Origin: Candidatus Levyibacteriota bacterium
GTDB lineage: Bacteria; Patescibacteriota; Microgenomatia; Levybacterales; UBA12049
Direction: 5' to 3'
Length of the DNA stretch: 64,000 bases
NCBI GenBank assembly: GCA_003152105.1
Contig: PLZJ01000002.1
Location: 405,682 to 469,681, forward strand
Positions 19,474 through 28,578 of this stretch are shown here, one piece after another (positions within the stretch are counted from its first letter, which is position 1; each line of letters starts with the position of its first letter). The notes under the pieces are model-generated. The model searched no databases. It was not told the origin of the DNA and saw only the letters and a program-made list of their open reading frames with translations. The position numbers were made by a program, and so were the translations under genes.

Positions 19474-21138
19474 ATGACAGATTTAGTAAAACTAACAAAA
19501 CAACAAAAGCTGCTAATCATGATTGGCGCAATGTCTGCGTTATTTTTAGCCGCTCTTGATCAAACTATCGTTGCTACAGCAACTCCTAAGATCGTTGCAG
19601 AATTTAATGGATTTGATAAGTTAACGTGGATTTTTACCGCCTATATGCTTGCTGCAACTATTACTGTGCCAATATATGGAAAATTATCAGATATTTATGG
19701 GAGACGAATATTTTATTTATTGGCAATCGTAATTTTTCTGATAGGATCAATATTTTCAGGTGTATCTCAAAATATGATTGAATTGATACTTGCTAGAGCA
19801 GTTCAAGGAATAGGTGCTGGTTCTATTATGGCAAATTCATTTGCAATCATAGGTGACTTGTTTGTTCCCGCAGAGAGATCAAGGTGGCAAGGGTTATTCG
19901 CTGGCGCATGGGGACTTGCCTCGGTTGTTGGGCCAACATTAGGAGGTTACTTTACTGATCATATTTCTTGGAGGTGGAATTTCTTTATAAATATTCCTAT
20001 CGGTATACTATCTTTTGCATTTATTTATTTCTTAATGCCCAAAATTATTACTCATGCTAGAGAAAAAAGTATTGACTACATAGGAGCTATTTTTTTAACG
20101 CTCACGTTAATTTCACTATTACTCGGTTTTGTTTGGGGAGGTAGCCAATATGCTTGGCAGTCTTGGCAAGAAATAGGACTGTTTGTTTTATCATTTTTCT
20201 CTTTATGTGCTTTTATTGCTAATGAAAAGAAAGCAGAAGATCCAATAATTCCTTTAACTTTATTTCAAAATCCTATTTTTACTACCTCAATGATACTTGT
20301 TTTTATCTCAGGAGTAGCAATGTTTGGCATAATTTTATACATACCTCTATTTGCACAAATTGTGCTAGGTATTTCTGCAACCAATTCTGGTGCAATTTTA
20401 ACACCTTTAACACTCGGACTAGTAATTGCAAGTGTGGTTTCTGGACAAATCAGTTCGCATAGAGGAACTTATAAATCTCTTATTATTTTCGGAATTGAGA
20501 TGATGACACTTGGCGTATTTCTTCTCTCTCGAATGGATATTCATACAAGTCCATATTCTTTAGCTTTGTTTATGATTATTTCAGGAATAGGAATGGGAAT
20601 TACTTTACCGTTATTTACAGTAATTGTGCAGAATGCATTTGATCATTCAAAATTAGGTGTAGTTACGGCTTCAACGCAACTTTTTCGAAGTATTGGAGGG
20701 ACTGTCGGTACTGCAGTTATGGGGAGTATAGTTAATAATGCACTACATCAAAAACTTTCCAATTTATCAGGAGATATTTTTATTTCAACATATGGGAAAT
20801 ATATTTCATCTATAAATATTGAACATTTGTCTATAAATCAAATACAGTTATTAGTTGCAAATTCAAAACAAGCTACATCTCAACTCGCAAAACTACCAAA
20901 TCCGATTAATAAATTCGCATTGCTTTCTTTTAGTTCATTTATTGAGAAAGTTAGAATTGCTCTTTCTTCATCGATAGCAGAAATATACGCAATAGCTACA
21001 CTTTTACTTTTACTTGCAATAGGGCTTTCATATTTGTTAAAAGAAATTCCGCTTAAAGAACATAATCAACCAATTAAAGATGGTGAAATTGAAAATTTAG
21101 ATAAAGCCACCGGAAGTGAATTAGCTTCTTATCATTAA
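19474..21138 (+). CDS. MFS transporter, DHA2 (14-TM drug:H+ antiporter) family
   Basis: MFS motifs (GKLSDIYGRR, QGIGAG), about 14 TM helices, 554 aa. Confidence 0.75.
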   Translation: MTDLVKLTKQQKLLIMIGAMSALFLAALDQTIVATATPKIVAEFNGFDKLTWIFTAYMLAATITVPIYGKLSDIYGRRIFYLLAIVIFLIGSIFSGVSQNMIELILARAVQGIGAGSIMANSFAIIGDLFVPAERSRWQGLFAGAWGLASVVGPTLGGYFTDHISWRWNFFINIPIGILSFAFIYFLMPKIITHAREKSIDYIGAIFLTLTLISLLLGFVWGGSQYAWQSWQEIGLFVLSFFSLCAFIANEKKAEDPIIPLTLFQNPIFTTSMILVFISGVAMFGIILYIPLFAQIVLGISATNSGAILTPLTLGLVIASVVSGQISSHRGTYKSLIIFGIEMMTLGVFLLSRMDIHTSPYSLALFMIISGIGMGITLPLFTVIVQNAFDHSKLGVVTASTQLFRSIGGTVGTAVMGSIVNNALHQKLSNLSGDIFISTYGKYISSINIEHLSINQIQLLVANSKQATSQLAKLPNPINKFALLSFSSFIEKVRIALSSSIAEIYAIATLLLLLAIGLSYLLKEIPLKEHNQPIKDGEIENLDKATGSELASYH

Positions 21139-21283
21139 TACCTCTCTTGCAATTTCGCATCATAAAAGTTACTATAAACTATATCATAATAGCTAACATA
21201 TAGAGTAATAAATATATTCAATAACCATTATTTTACTAAGTAAATATAGTGTTCAATATATTAATTTAGCTTATTATTGCAAT

Positions 21284-21451
21284 ATGTTAAAAAGTAGCAG
21301 TTCAACAACCGAGAGCGTATTTGAGTTTGAGTATATTAACTCGGTTCGCATACAGCTTTGTCCAGTTTGTAAAACTCACATGGGTGATATGCCAGGAACT
21401 AGGGACGCAGTTTGTAAAAATTGTGGATACAAAGATCCTTGTTGTGAATAA
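21284..21451 (+). CDS. small zinc-ribbon protein (55 aa)
   Basis: ATG at 21284, TAA at 21449-21451; two CxxC pairs (CPVCK...CKNCG); below the 60-aa cutoff of the ORF track. Confidence 0.35.
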   Translation: MLKSSSSTTESVFEFEYINSVRIQLCPVCKTHMGDMPGTRDAVCKNCGYKDPCCE

Positions 21452-21460
21452 TGTCTAGCC

Positions 21461-21510
21461 CATAAAAAAACAAACCTCTCGAAAGGGATGCAAGAGGTTT
21501 GTTTGCGTTT
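21461..21510. terminator. bidirectional intrinsic terminator hairpin between convergent small genes
   Basis: perfect 12-bp stem AAACAAACCTCT (21468-21479) / AGAGGTTTGTTT (21493-21504), 13-nt loop, A-run upstream and T-rich downstream. Confidence 0.5.
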
Positions 21511-21549
21511 CCTATGAAGGAATAATTATTCCTTCGAAGAATATATAAC

Positions 21550-21693
21550 TTAAGCTGCACCAATTTTATACATTCCTGTATTACAAACTGGACATTTTCC
21601 TTTTAATGCAGGTTTTCCATTTTTCATGGTAACTTTTTCTGCATTTGGATCTTCTCGCTTTGCGCGACATTTAACACAATACATTTGAGCCAT
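21550..21693 (-). CDS. small zinc-ribbon protein, DUF5679-like (47 aa)
   Basis: MAQMYCVKCRAKR...KGKCPVCNTGMYKI; strong SD GGAGGTGG 8 nt upstream; stop TAA 21550-21552. Confidence 0.55.
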   Translation of the reverse strand: MAQMYCVKCRAKREDPNAEKVTMKNGKPALKGKCPVCNTGMYKIGAA

Positions 21694-21723
21694 TATTTAT
21701 TCCACCTCCTTTCAAAAACAAAT

Positions 21724-22041
21724 TTAACCAGCGTTGGACAAACCCATTACGTGGTTATTCAAAATAAAATAGAGTACGAAATCTGCTAGTAATATCCCAA
21801 ATGTTACAAACGCTGTTTTTTGTAAATCTTTGTAAACAAAAGGATAGAGTAATTCGTACGAAGATTTTTTAACAACTACTTGTTGCGCGGGTGCATTATA
21901 TGTATGCGTTACTTGTTGTTGGTGAGTAGTTTGTTTTGGCGAATTTACCGGTGAAATTAGCTCAGCTGTTTGAGAATTAGAAAGCTGACGACGAAGATCC
22001 GCAATTATTTTTTGCTTTTTCGTTTTCTTATTTTTAGCCAT
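21724..22041 (-). CDS. hypothetical protein with basic N-terminus and C-terminal TM helix
   Basis: 105-aa ORF, lysine-rich N-terminus, C-terminal hydrophobic segment. Confidence 0.45.
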   Translation of the reverse strand: MAKNKKTKKQKIIADLRRQLSNSQTAELISPVNSPKQTTHQQQVTHTYNAPAQQVVVKKSSYELLYPFVYKDLQKTAFVTFGILLADFVLYFILNNHVMGLSNAG

Positions 22042-22062
22042 CTAGAAGGGTAGGTTACACTA

Positions 22063-22091
22063 TTGACACATAGCTGTCAAGAGGCTAAGAT
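22063..22091 (+). promoter_or_regulatory. sigma70-like promoter candidate (TTGACA-17-TAAGAT) immediately upstream of DUF4446 gene
   Basis: hexamers read directly; predicted TSS within a few nt of the ATG at 22101 (near-leaderless). Confidence 0.3.
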
Positions 22092-22100
22092 GAGATAGAT

Positions 22101-22565
22101 ATGTTGTTTAACATTGCCCTGGCAGGGATAATTCTTCTATTCATCTGGGCAATTTTTATTTCGATTTTCTTTTGGCAATTGTATAATCATTACAATACGT
22201 TAATTGGAGGATCTGATGAAAAAAAGCTTAAAAATATCCTTGAAGATATTTTAAAAAATCAAGAAGTTTCAAAAAGCAATCTTGCATTTCTTAAAACAAA
22301 GTATGATAAGATAGAAGAAGATAGCCTGTATCATTTACAAAAAATTGGGTTAGCAAGATTTAATCCATTCAAAGATACAGGAGGAGAGCAAAGTTTTATT
22401 CTCGCTTTACTGGATAACAGAAATACTGGTATATTACTAACAGGTTTATATTCTCGTTCTGGTACCAGATGGTATGCAAAGCGAGTTGTGGACGGTAAAG
22501 GGACTGAACATGCTTTATCAGAAGAAGAGCAAAAAGCAGTAAAATCTGCAATAATAGTAAAATAA
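22101..22565 (+). CDS. DUF4446 family protein
   Basis: N-terminal TM plus motifs LARFNPFKDTGGEQSF and YAKRVVDG typical of DUF4446. Confidence 0.6.
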   Translation: MLFNIALAGIILLFIWAIFISIFFWQLYNHYNTLIGGSDEKKLKNILEDILKNQEVSKSNLAFLKTKYDKIEEDSLYHLQKIGLARFNPFKDTGGEQSFILALLDNRNTGILLTGLYSRSGTRWYAKRVVDGKGTEHALSEEEQKAVKSAIIVK

Positions 22566-23728
22566 TGGATAGGAATACTTTTATCAGAGTCGTTATTGGT
22601 GTTATTGTATTTGCTGCGGCAACTATTGCTTCTTATGCGATTTTTAATAATAGTCCTCTTGCCGGAGGCGGACTTGCCTATCAACCAGCACTTCTAAAAA
22701 ACGGATCTGTACAATTCGATTCTTCACTCCCAAAAACTGAAAGTTGTCCCTTAAATGGAGCTATGTATTCAAAACAAGAAAAAGATTGGTGGGAAAAACA
22801 TGCGCCTATGGGTATCATGATTGAGAATGAAATTGATGCTCGTCCTCAATCTGGATGGTCTTATGCTGACGTTATATATGAAGCAGTAGCCGAAGGGGGA
22901 ATTACGAGAACTCTTTCTATATTTTATTGTCAGGATCCTGGTATTGTTGGTCCTGTTCGATCTTCTAGAACCTATTTTCTTGATTGGATTTCTGAGTATG
23001 GCGCATATCCACTTTATGTGCACGTAGGAGGAGCAAATGAACCGGGAGAGGCTGATGCTCTTGGGCAAATTGAAAGCTATGGTTGGGGTGGATTTAATGA
23101 TATTTCAGGACTTTCAGTTGGCGCACCGGTATTTGTAAGAGATTATAACCGTGTCGGTCGAGACGTGGCATACGAACACACTGATTATTCAAATACTGAT
23201 CAGTTATGGAGTTACGCGGCAAGCACAAGAGGCATTACAAATACCGCAAAAGGAGTATCATGGGATCAAAACTTCATTCCATATAAATTTAAAAACGATG
23301 CAACAAGCTTTGGAAGTATTAACGCGCTTCACATAGAGTTTTGGTCATCTCAGCAAGATTACACAGTAAATTGGAAATTTGATAAAGCAACAGACTCCTA
23401 TCTTCGTAATGATGGAAACGGGAAGCCATATATTGACCGTGATACGGAGAAACAAATTTCGGCTAAAAACGTAATAGTTCTCCAGATGACTGAAAGCGAT
23501 GTAAATGACGGCTATACAGATGGTGTACACCAATTATATGGAGATACTGGAACGGGAAAAGCTATGTTTTTCTTAGATGGTAAAGAAGTTGATGGAACAT
23601 GGAGTAAAGCAGATCGAACTTCTCGAACGTTACTTACAGATCAAAATGGGAATCCAATGGTGTTTAATAAAGGACTGATGTGGTTTGAGATATATTCTCC
23701 AGCAGAAGGAGCTTTCAGTACTCAATAA
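22565..23728 (+). CDS. DUF3048 domain protein (YerB-like secreted/lipoprotein)
   Basis: N-terminal signal anchor; DARPQSGWSYADVIYEAVAEGGITR motif of DUF3048 N-domain; start overlaps upstream stop (TAATG). Confidence 0.65.
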   Translation: MDRNTFIRVVIGVIVFAAATIASYAIFNNSPLAGGGLAYQPALLKNGSVQFDSSLPKTESCPLNGAMYSKQEKDWWEKHAPMGIMIENEIDARPQSGWSYADVIYEAVAEGGITRTLSIFYCQDPGIVGPVRSSRTYFLDWISEYGAYPLYVHVGGANEPGEADALGQIESYGWGGFNDISGLSVGAPVFVRDYNRVGRDVAYEHTDYSNTDQLWSYAASTRGITNTAKGVSWDQNFIPYKFKNDATSFGSINALHIEFWSSQQDYTVNWKFDKATDSYLRNDGNGKPYIDRDTEKQISAKNVIVLQMTESDVNDGYTDGVHQLYGDTGTGKAMFFLDGKEVDGTWSKADRTSRTLLTDQNGNPMVFNKGLMWFEIYSPAEGAFSTQ

Positions 23729-23761
23729 GATAGGAATCGCGCACATAAAAAGTAATATTTC

Positions 23762-23803
23762 ATTGTAAAAAACTCCTTTACAATTGTGTATTGTTGCAAT
23801 ACA
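23762..23803. promoter_or_regulatory. two adjacent inverted repeats (operator-like) upstream of wHTH regulator gene
   Basis: ATTGTAAA-n7-TTTACAAT (23762-23784) and TGTATTG-TTG-CAATACA (23787-23803). Confidence 0.35.
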
Positions 23804-23805
23804 AT

Positions 23806-24396
23806 ATGCACATTGTTACTATGCTAGAAGATCTTATAACCTCCAAATCTCGAGTAAAGTTGTTGAACGTTTTTTTGACCACACCACAGGAGATGTATCA
23901 CGTCCGGGAATTAGTAAGAAAAACTGGAGATGAAATTAATGCAGTGCGTAGAGAGTTGTTTTATTTAGAAAAAAAAGGAATTTTACAAAAAGAACCAAGA
24001 GCAAATAGAGTTTATTATTTTTTAAATAAGACATACCCTTTTTATTATGATTTAATAGAGCTTGGTTCAAAAACGATAGGACTAGGAAGTGAAGTGTACA
24101 AGAATAGAGCAAGGATCGGAAAAATAAAGTATGCAATGTTTTCTGGAAAATTTGCAAGAAGAATTAAAAAAGAAGACGCTGATGTAGATTTTATTGTAGT
24201 TGGAACCATTGTTTTACCTGAACTTGCTCAACTTGTTAGAACAGAAGAATCTAGATTAAATAGAGAAATAAATTACACAGCAATGACTGAAGATGAATTT
24301 ACGTTTAGAAAGAAAAAAAGAGATCCATTTATTCTTGAAATTCTTCAAGGTTCCCGTGTCATGCTCATTGGGGATGAGGAGAGTTTACTAGCATGA
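23806..24396 (+). CDS. winged-helix transcriptional regulator with C-terminal nucleotidyltransferase-like domain
   Basis: N-terminal wHTH (VRELVRKTGDEINAVRRELFYLEKKGIL); C-terminal part with DADVDFIVVG resembling minimal NTase fold; ATG at 23806 preferred over TTG 23791. Confidence 0.5.
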   Translation: MHIVTMLEDLITSKSRVKLLNVFLTTPQEMYHVRELVRKTGDEINAVRRELFYLEKKGILQKEPRANRVYYFLNKTYPFYYDLIELGSKTIGLGSEVYKNRARIGKIKYAMFSGKFARRIKKEDADVDFIVVGTIVLPELAQLVRTEESRLNREINYTAMTEDEFTFRKKKRDPFILEILQGSRVMLIGDEESLLA

Positions 24397-25769
24397 GGAA
24401 ACACGTAAGATTTACACTCTGGTTAATTATAGCATTAACTATTATTACAGTGCTTATAGATTTACCAAGAATAATTACTGTTAGCGTTAACTCCAAAATA
24501 CCCTTAATTAATAAGCAACTTGTCATAAACCAATCAATACAAGGATTTAATCCTGAGCTTATTTTCGGTCCATTTGGTATTCAGCGAGATTTAGCTTTTA
24601 AGAAAGGTCTTGATCTTCAAGGAGGTACGAGCGTAACGCTTCTTGCAAACATGAAAGGAATTCCGGCAAGCCAGCAAGATCAGGCACTTTCATCAGCTCA
24701 ACTTGTTATTGAGCGAAGAGTTAATGCGCTTGGTGTTTCTGAGCCAGTTGTGCAAACGTCTCAAGTTGGCTCTCAAAGACGTATAGATGTTGAGTTGCCC
24801 GGCGTAACCGACATTAATCAGGCTGTTCAGTTAATTGGTGCCACAGCGCAGCTAACATTTTGGGAAGAGGGGGCTGCAAATAGTGCAACGCCAAGCGCAA
24901 GTTCCGTTCCATCAGGAATACTTTCGTACTTACCTCACGCGCATAAAACAAACTTAACGGGGAATGATTTATCTGGTGCGAGTGTAACATTTGCTCAGAA
25001 TAACGCACAGCCTCAAGTGCAATTAACTTTTACCCCTGATGGTACAAAGAAGTTTGCCGATATTACCACACGAAATGTAGGTAAGCCACTTGCAATGGTT
25101 TTAGATAATCAATTACTTGAAAATCCGCCTCCTACAGTAAATCAGCCGATTTTAACAGGTAATGCTGTTATTACGGGAAGCTTTACAACTGATGAAGCAA
25201 ATTTACTAGCAACTGCTCTTCAAGCAGGTGCGCTTCCCGTCCCCCTTTCTATATTATCTCAACAAGCAATAGGCGCAACTCTTGGTCAGTCTTCTTTAAA
25301 TGCTAGCTTATTCGCAGGAATACTTGGATTTATTGTAATTATTCTATTTATGTGTCTTCTTTATGGACGTTTAGGGATGATAGCAAGTCTTGCGCTTACG
25401 CTTTACACGCTTGTTGTAATTGCTATATTTAAATTAATTCCAGTAACGCTTACGCTTGCGGGAATTGCTGGGTTTATTTTATCGATTGGTATGGCAGTTG
25501 ATGCGAATATATTAATATTTGAACGCATGCGGGAAGAAATGCGTGCGGGAAGAAGTAGGGAAACTGCTATTGAGTTAGGATTTTCTAGAGCGTGGACGTC
25601 TATTCGAGATTCCAATATTTCTAGTTTAATAACATCTGCTATTTTGTATAAATTTGGAACAGGAATAGTTCGAGGTTTTGCGCTAACCCTTGCTATTGGT
25701 GTAATTGTATCTATGTTTTCAGCTATTATTGTTACAAGAACATTTTTAAGATTATTATATAAAGCATAA
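24393..25769 (+). CDS. secD: protein translocase subunit SecD
   Basis: N-terminal TM, large periplasmic domain, six C-terminal TM helices with conserved SecD/F motifs; 458 aa. Confidence 0.85.
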   Translation: MRKHVRFTLWLIIALTIITVLIDLPRIITVSVNSKIPLINKQLVINQSIQGFNPELIFGPFGIQRDLAFKKGLDLQGGTSVTLLANMKGIPASQQDQALSSAQLVIERRVNALGVSEPVVQTSQVGSQRRIDVELPGVTDINQAVQLIGATAQLTFWEEGAANSATPSASSVPSGILSYLPHAHKTNLTGNDLSGASVTFAQNNAQPQVQLTFTPDGTKKFADITTRNVGKPLAMVLDNQLLENPPPTVNQPILTGNAVITGSFTTDEANLLATALQAGALPVPLSILSQQAIGATLGQSSLNASLFAGILGFIVIILFMCLLYGRLGMIASLALTLYTLVVIAIFKLIPVTLTLAGIAGFILSIGMAVDANILIFERMREEMRAGRSRETAIELGFSRAWTSIRDSNISSLITSAILYKFGTGIVRGFALTLAIGVIVSMFSAIIVTRTFLRLLYKA

Positions 25770-25772
25770 AAT

Positions 25773-26687
25773 ATGATAGATATTATTGGTAAGAAAAAAT
25801 GGTTTTTTTTGCTCTCACTAATTGTTATAGTGCCTGGACTTATTTCATTATTGTTATGGGGTTTAAATCCATCTATTGATTTTGTTGGTGGGTCTAGTAT
25901 CATTCTTGATTATAAAATTCCAATTTCTGATCAAACAAAACAGTTAATTTCTAAAACAATTAGTTCAGAAAAAGTTGAAGTAAGCACAATTCAAGTGTCA
26001 GGAAACGAAGCAGTTATACGAACTGCTTTGATGGATACAAAAACGCATCAATTAATTATTAACAAACTACATAGTGTAACAGGTAGTTTTTCAGAGGGTA
26101 CTTTTGAAACAATTGGACCTGTTATAAGTGCTGAGATTACCCGAAATGCTATCTTGGCAGTTTTACTTGCTTCTGTGCTTATAGTGTTATTTATCGCATA
26201 TGCATTTAGGAAAGTACCAAAACCTGCGAGCAGTTGGAGGTTTGGGGTAAGTGCTATCGCAGCGCTTTTACATGATGTACTTGTGCTGCTTGGAATTTTT
26301 TCAATTCTTGGACATTTTTTCCACGTAGAAGTAGATTCATTATTTGTGACAGCTGTACTTACAGTAATAGGATTTTCCGTTCATGACACAATTGTTGTTT
26401 TTGACCGAATACGAGAAAATTTAAGACGTTTAGGAGGGGGATCTTTTAGTAATGTTGTTAATGCGTCTATATTGCAGACCTTATCAAGATCTTTGAACAC
26501 ATCATTAACTGTTATTTTAGTTCTAATTGGATTGTTGCTTTTTGGAGGGCAAAGTACAAGATGGTTTATCGTCGCATTATTAATAGGAGTAATATCTGGA
26601 ACATATTCTTCAATATTTAATGCAGCTCCTCTTCTTGTACTATGGCAAGAATGGAGTGAGCGAAGAAGTCAAAAAAAGAATAAATAA
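25773..26687 (+). CDS. secF: protein translocase subunit SecF
   Basis: Immediately after secD; SecF architecture and conserved C-terminal TM region; 304 aa. Confidence 0.85.
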   Translation: MIDIIGKKKWFFLLSLIVIVPGLISLLLWGLNPSIDFVGGSSIILDYKIPISDQTKQLISKTISSEKVEVSTIQVSGNEAVIRTALMDTKTHQLIINKLHSVTGSFSEGTFETIGPVISAEITRNAILAVLLASVLIVLFIAYAFRKVPKPASSWRFGVSAIAALLHDVLVLLGIFSILGHFFHVEVDSLFVTAVLTVIGFSVHDTIVVFDRIRENLRRLGGGSFSNVVNASILQTLSRSLNTSLTVILVLIGLLLFGGQSTRWFIVALLIGVISGTYSSIFNAAPLLVLWQEWSERRSQKKNK

Positions 26688-26691
26688 AGTA

Positions 26692-27147
26692 TTACGGTTT
26701 GGATAATTTTTCTTTTACGATGTTACTAACAAGTGTTCCATCTGCTTTTCCTTTAACTTCACTCATTAACACTCCCATGACTTTTCCAATATCCGATAGA
26801 GAAGATGCACCAGTTTTTTCTATAGCTTCTTCAACGAGTTTCGAAATCTGTTGCTCGTTCATTTGTGGAGGTAAGTAAGTTTCGAGAATAGCAAGTTCAG
26901 CTTGTTCCTTATCCACAAGATCAGTTCTATTTGCTAATTTGAACTGTTCGATTGAGTCTCGGTGTTTTTTTGCTTCATTTTGAATAACTGCTAAAACATC
27001 TTCATCGGTTGCAACATATCCTGCGCCGCCTTTTTGAATTTCGTAGTAGCCAATTGCAGAAATAAGCATTCGTAATGTAGATTTTTTTATATCATCATGA
27101 GCTTTTAATGCTAAGATAAGTTGCTCTTGGAGTTTTGCCTTATTCAT
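26692..27147 (-). CDS. GatB/YqeY domain-containing protein
   Basis: 151 aa; YqeY-type sequence (TYLPPQMNEQQISKLVEEAI...). Confidence 0.7.
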   Translation of the reverse strand: MNKAKLQEQLILALKAHDDIKKSTLRMLISAIGYYEIQKGGAGYVATDEDVLAVIQNEAKKHRDSIEQFKLANRTDLVDKEQAELAILETYLPPQMNEQQISKLVEEAIEKTGASSLSDIGKVMGVLMSEVKGKADGTLVSNIVKEKLSKP

Positions 27148-27165
27148 AGATGTATTGTAACACAG

Positions 27166-28578
27166 TTACGCAGCGTTTAACTCTTTTGCACGTTTTAAAA
27201 GGTATTCTTTGGTATTTTTAGAAAGATCCTCATCAACTTCATTGAATAATTTTGCAAGCAATATGCCAATTTGTTTACTAGGAGATAAAGATAGCTCCTT
27301 CATTAAATCATTTCCATTGATAGCAAGGTCTGTTAAGGAAAAAGGAGCGGGTTGTAATTGTTCTTCAATACGAGCCCGAAATTTGCTAAATCTCCAGCTA
27401 TCTTCCTTTGAACCACTTCCTAGTCTGTCTGCGATACGAAGATCTAGTATGTCTTGTATATATTCAACGCCAACTCTCCTAATAAATCGTCGAATAGCCG
27501 CATCGGTTGAATGTTCTTCAAGTGAAAACATATGCCATCTCACCAGCGAAACAACTTTATCTTTTTCTTTATTTGAAAATCGAAGGCGTTCTGCAATATG
27601 TTCTGCCATTTTAGCTCCAACTATTTCGTGATTATGAAAAATAATAAACCCTTCTTGATCAACGCTCGCAACCTTTGGTTTACCAATATCATGTATGAGT
27701 GCTGCAAATTTAACCAGCCAATTATTGGATGGGCAAAATTTTAAAGATAGCATATTATGTGTAAAAACATCTGTTGTATGATGTCTACCTGGTCTAACTT
27801 GTGAAACATTAACACCAAGTAATAATTCTGGCAGAATTACTTCTAATAAATTCGTATTTTTCAAAAGCATAATCCCATCATATGCATGTTCGCTTTCAAG
27901 AATTTTTTGTAGCTCTTCTTTAATTCTTTCTTGTGCAATCGAGGCAAGAAGGGGTGCATGATGTGTTATTGCAGAAAGTGTTTTTTCTTCAATTTCAAAA
28001 CCAAGTTGAGTAGCAAGTCTTATGCCTCTAATGAGACGAAGTGCGTCTTCTTCAAAACGCTCAAGAGGCACGCCAACAGCACGTATGATTTTATGCTCAA
28101 TATCTTTTTGTCCATTGAATGGATCTGTCAGCTGGAGTTTTCCATTTTCTAGTTTTGCAGCAATTGCATTAACAGTAAAATCACGGCGTTTTAAATCTTG
28201 ATTTATCGATGTACCCCATGTAACATCTTTTGGGTGTCTATGGTCCTGATAAATGCCCTCGCTTCGATAAGTAGTAATTTCCGCAATGTATTTTTTTTCT
28301 CCTTCCTCAAAAGGCACGCCAACTGTTCCATATGTATTGTCATAAAAGCCATCAGGAAATAATTCCAGTATTTGGGTAGGTGTAGCATTTGTTGCAATAT
28401 CATAATCTTTAACTTCTCGTTTTAATAATATATCTCTTGTACTTCCCCCTACAAAGAATGCCTCATAGCCGTTTTGTATAAGTTTTTCATAATGACGTTG
28501 TATTTGTTTTGGAAAAATGTGTTCCATATCTGCTATAGTATAGCAAACAATTAAAGGGTATATTGCATGCAAACTCAA
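27166..28578 (-). CDS. cca: CCA tRNA nucleotidyltransferase / poly(A) polymerase family protein with HD domain
   Basis: N-terminal pol-beta NTase head (FFVGGSTRDILL...DYDIAT), C-terminal HD domain (HDIGKP); true start likely Met at about 28527. Confidence 0.8.
   Translation of the reverse strand: MSLHAIYPLIVCYTIADMEHIFPKQIQRHYEKLIQNGYEAFFVGGSTRDILLKREVKDYDIATNATPTQILELFPDGFYDNTYGTVGVPFEEGEKKYIAEITTYRSEGIYQDHRHPKDVTWGTSINQDLKRRDFTVNAIAAKLENGKLQLTDPFNGQKDIEHKIIRAVGVPLERFEEDALRLIRGIRLATQLGFEIEEKTLSAITHHAPLLASIAQERIKEELQKILESEHAYDGIMLLKNTNLLEVILPELLLGVNVSQVRPGRHHTTDVFTHNMLSLKFCPSNNWLVKFAALIHDIGKPKVASVDQEGFIIFHNHEIVGAKMAEHIAERLRFSNKEKDKVVSLVRWHMFSLEEHSTDAAIRRFIRRVGVEYIQDILDLRIADRLGSGSKEDSWRFSKFRARIEEQLQPAPFSLTDLAINGNDLMKELSLSPSKQIGILLAKLFNEVDEDLSKNTKEYLLKRAKELNAA

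Noticed and set aside
23791-23805. TTG start at 23791 for the wHTH regulator
   Set aside because: It would place the start codon inside the second palindrome. ATG 23806 gives a more conventional start.
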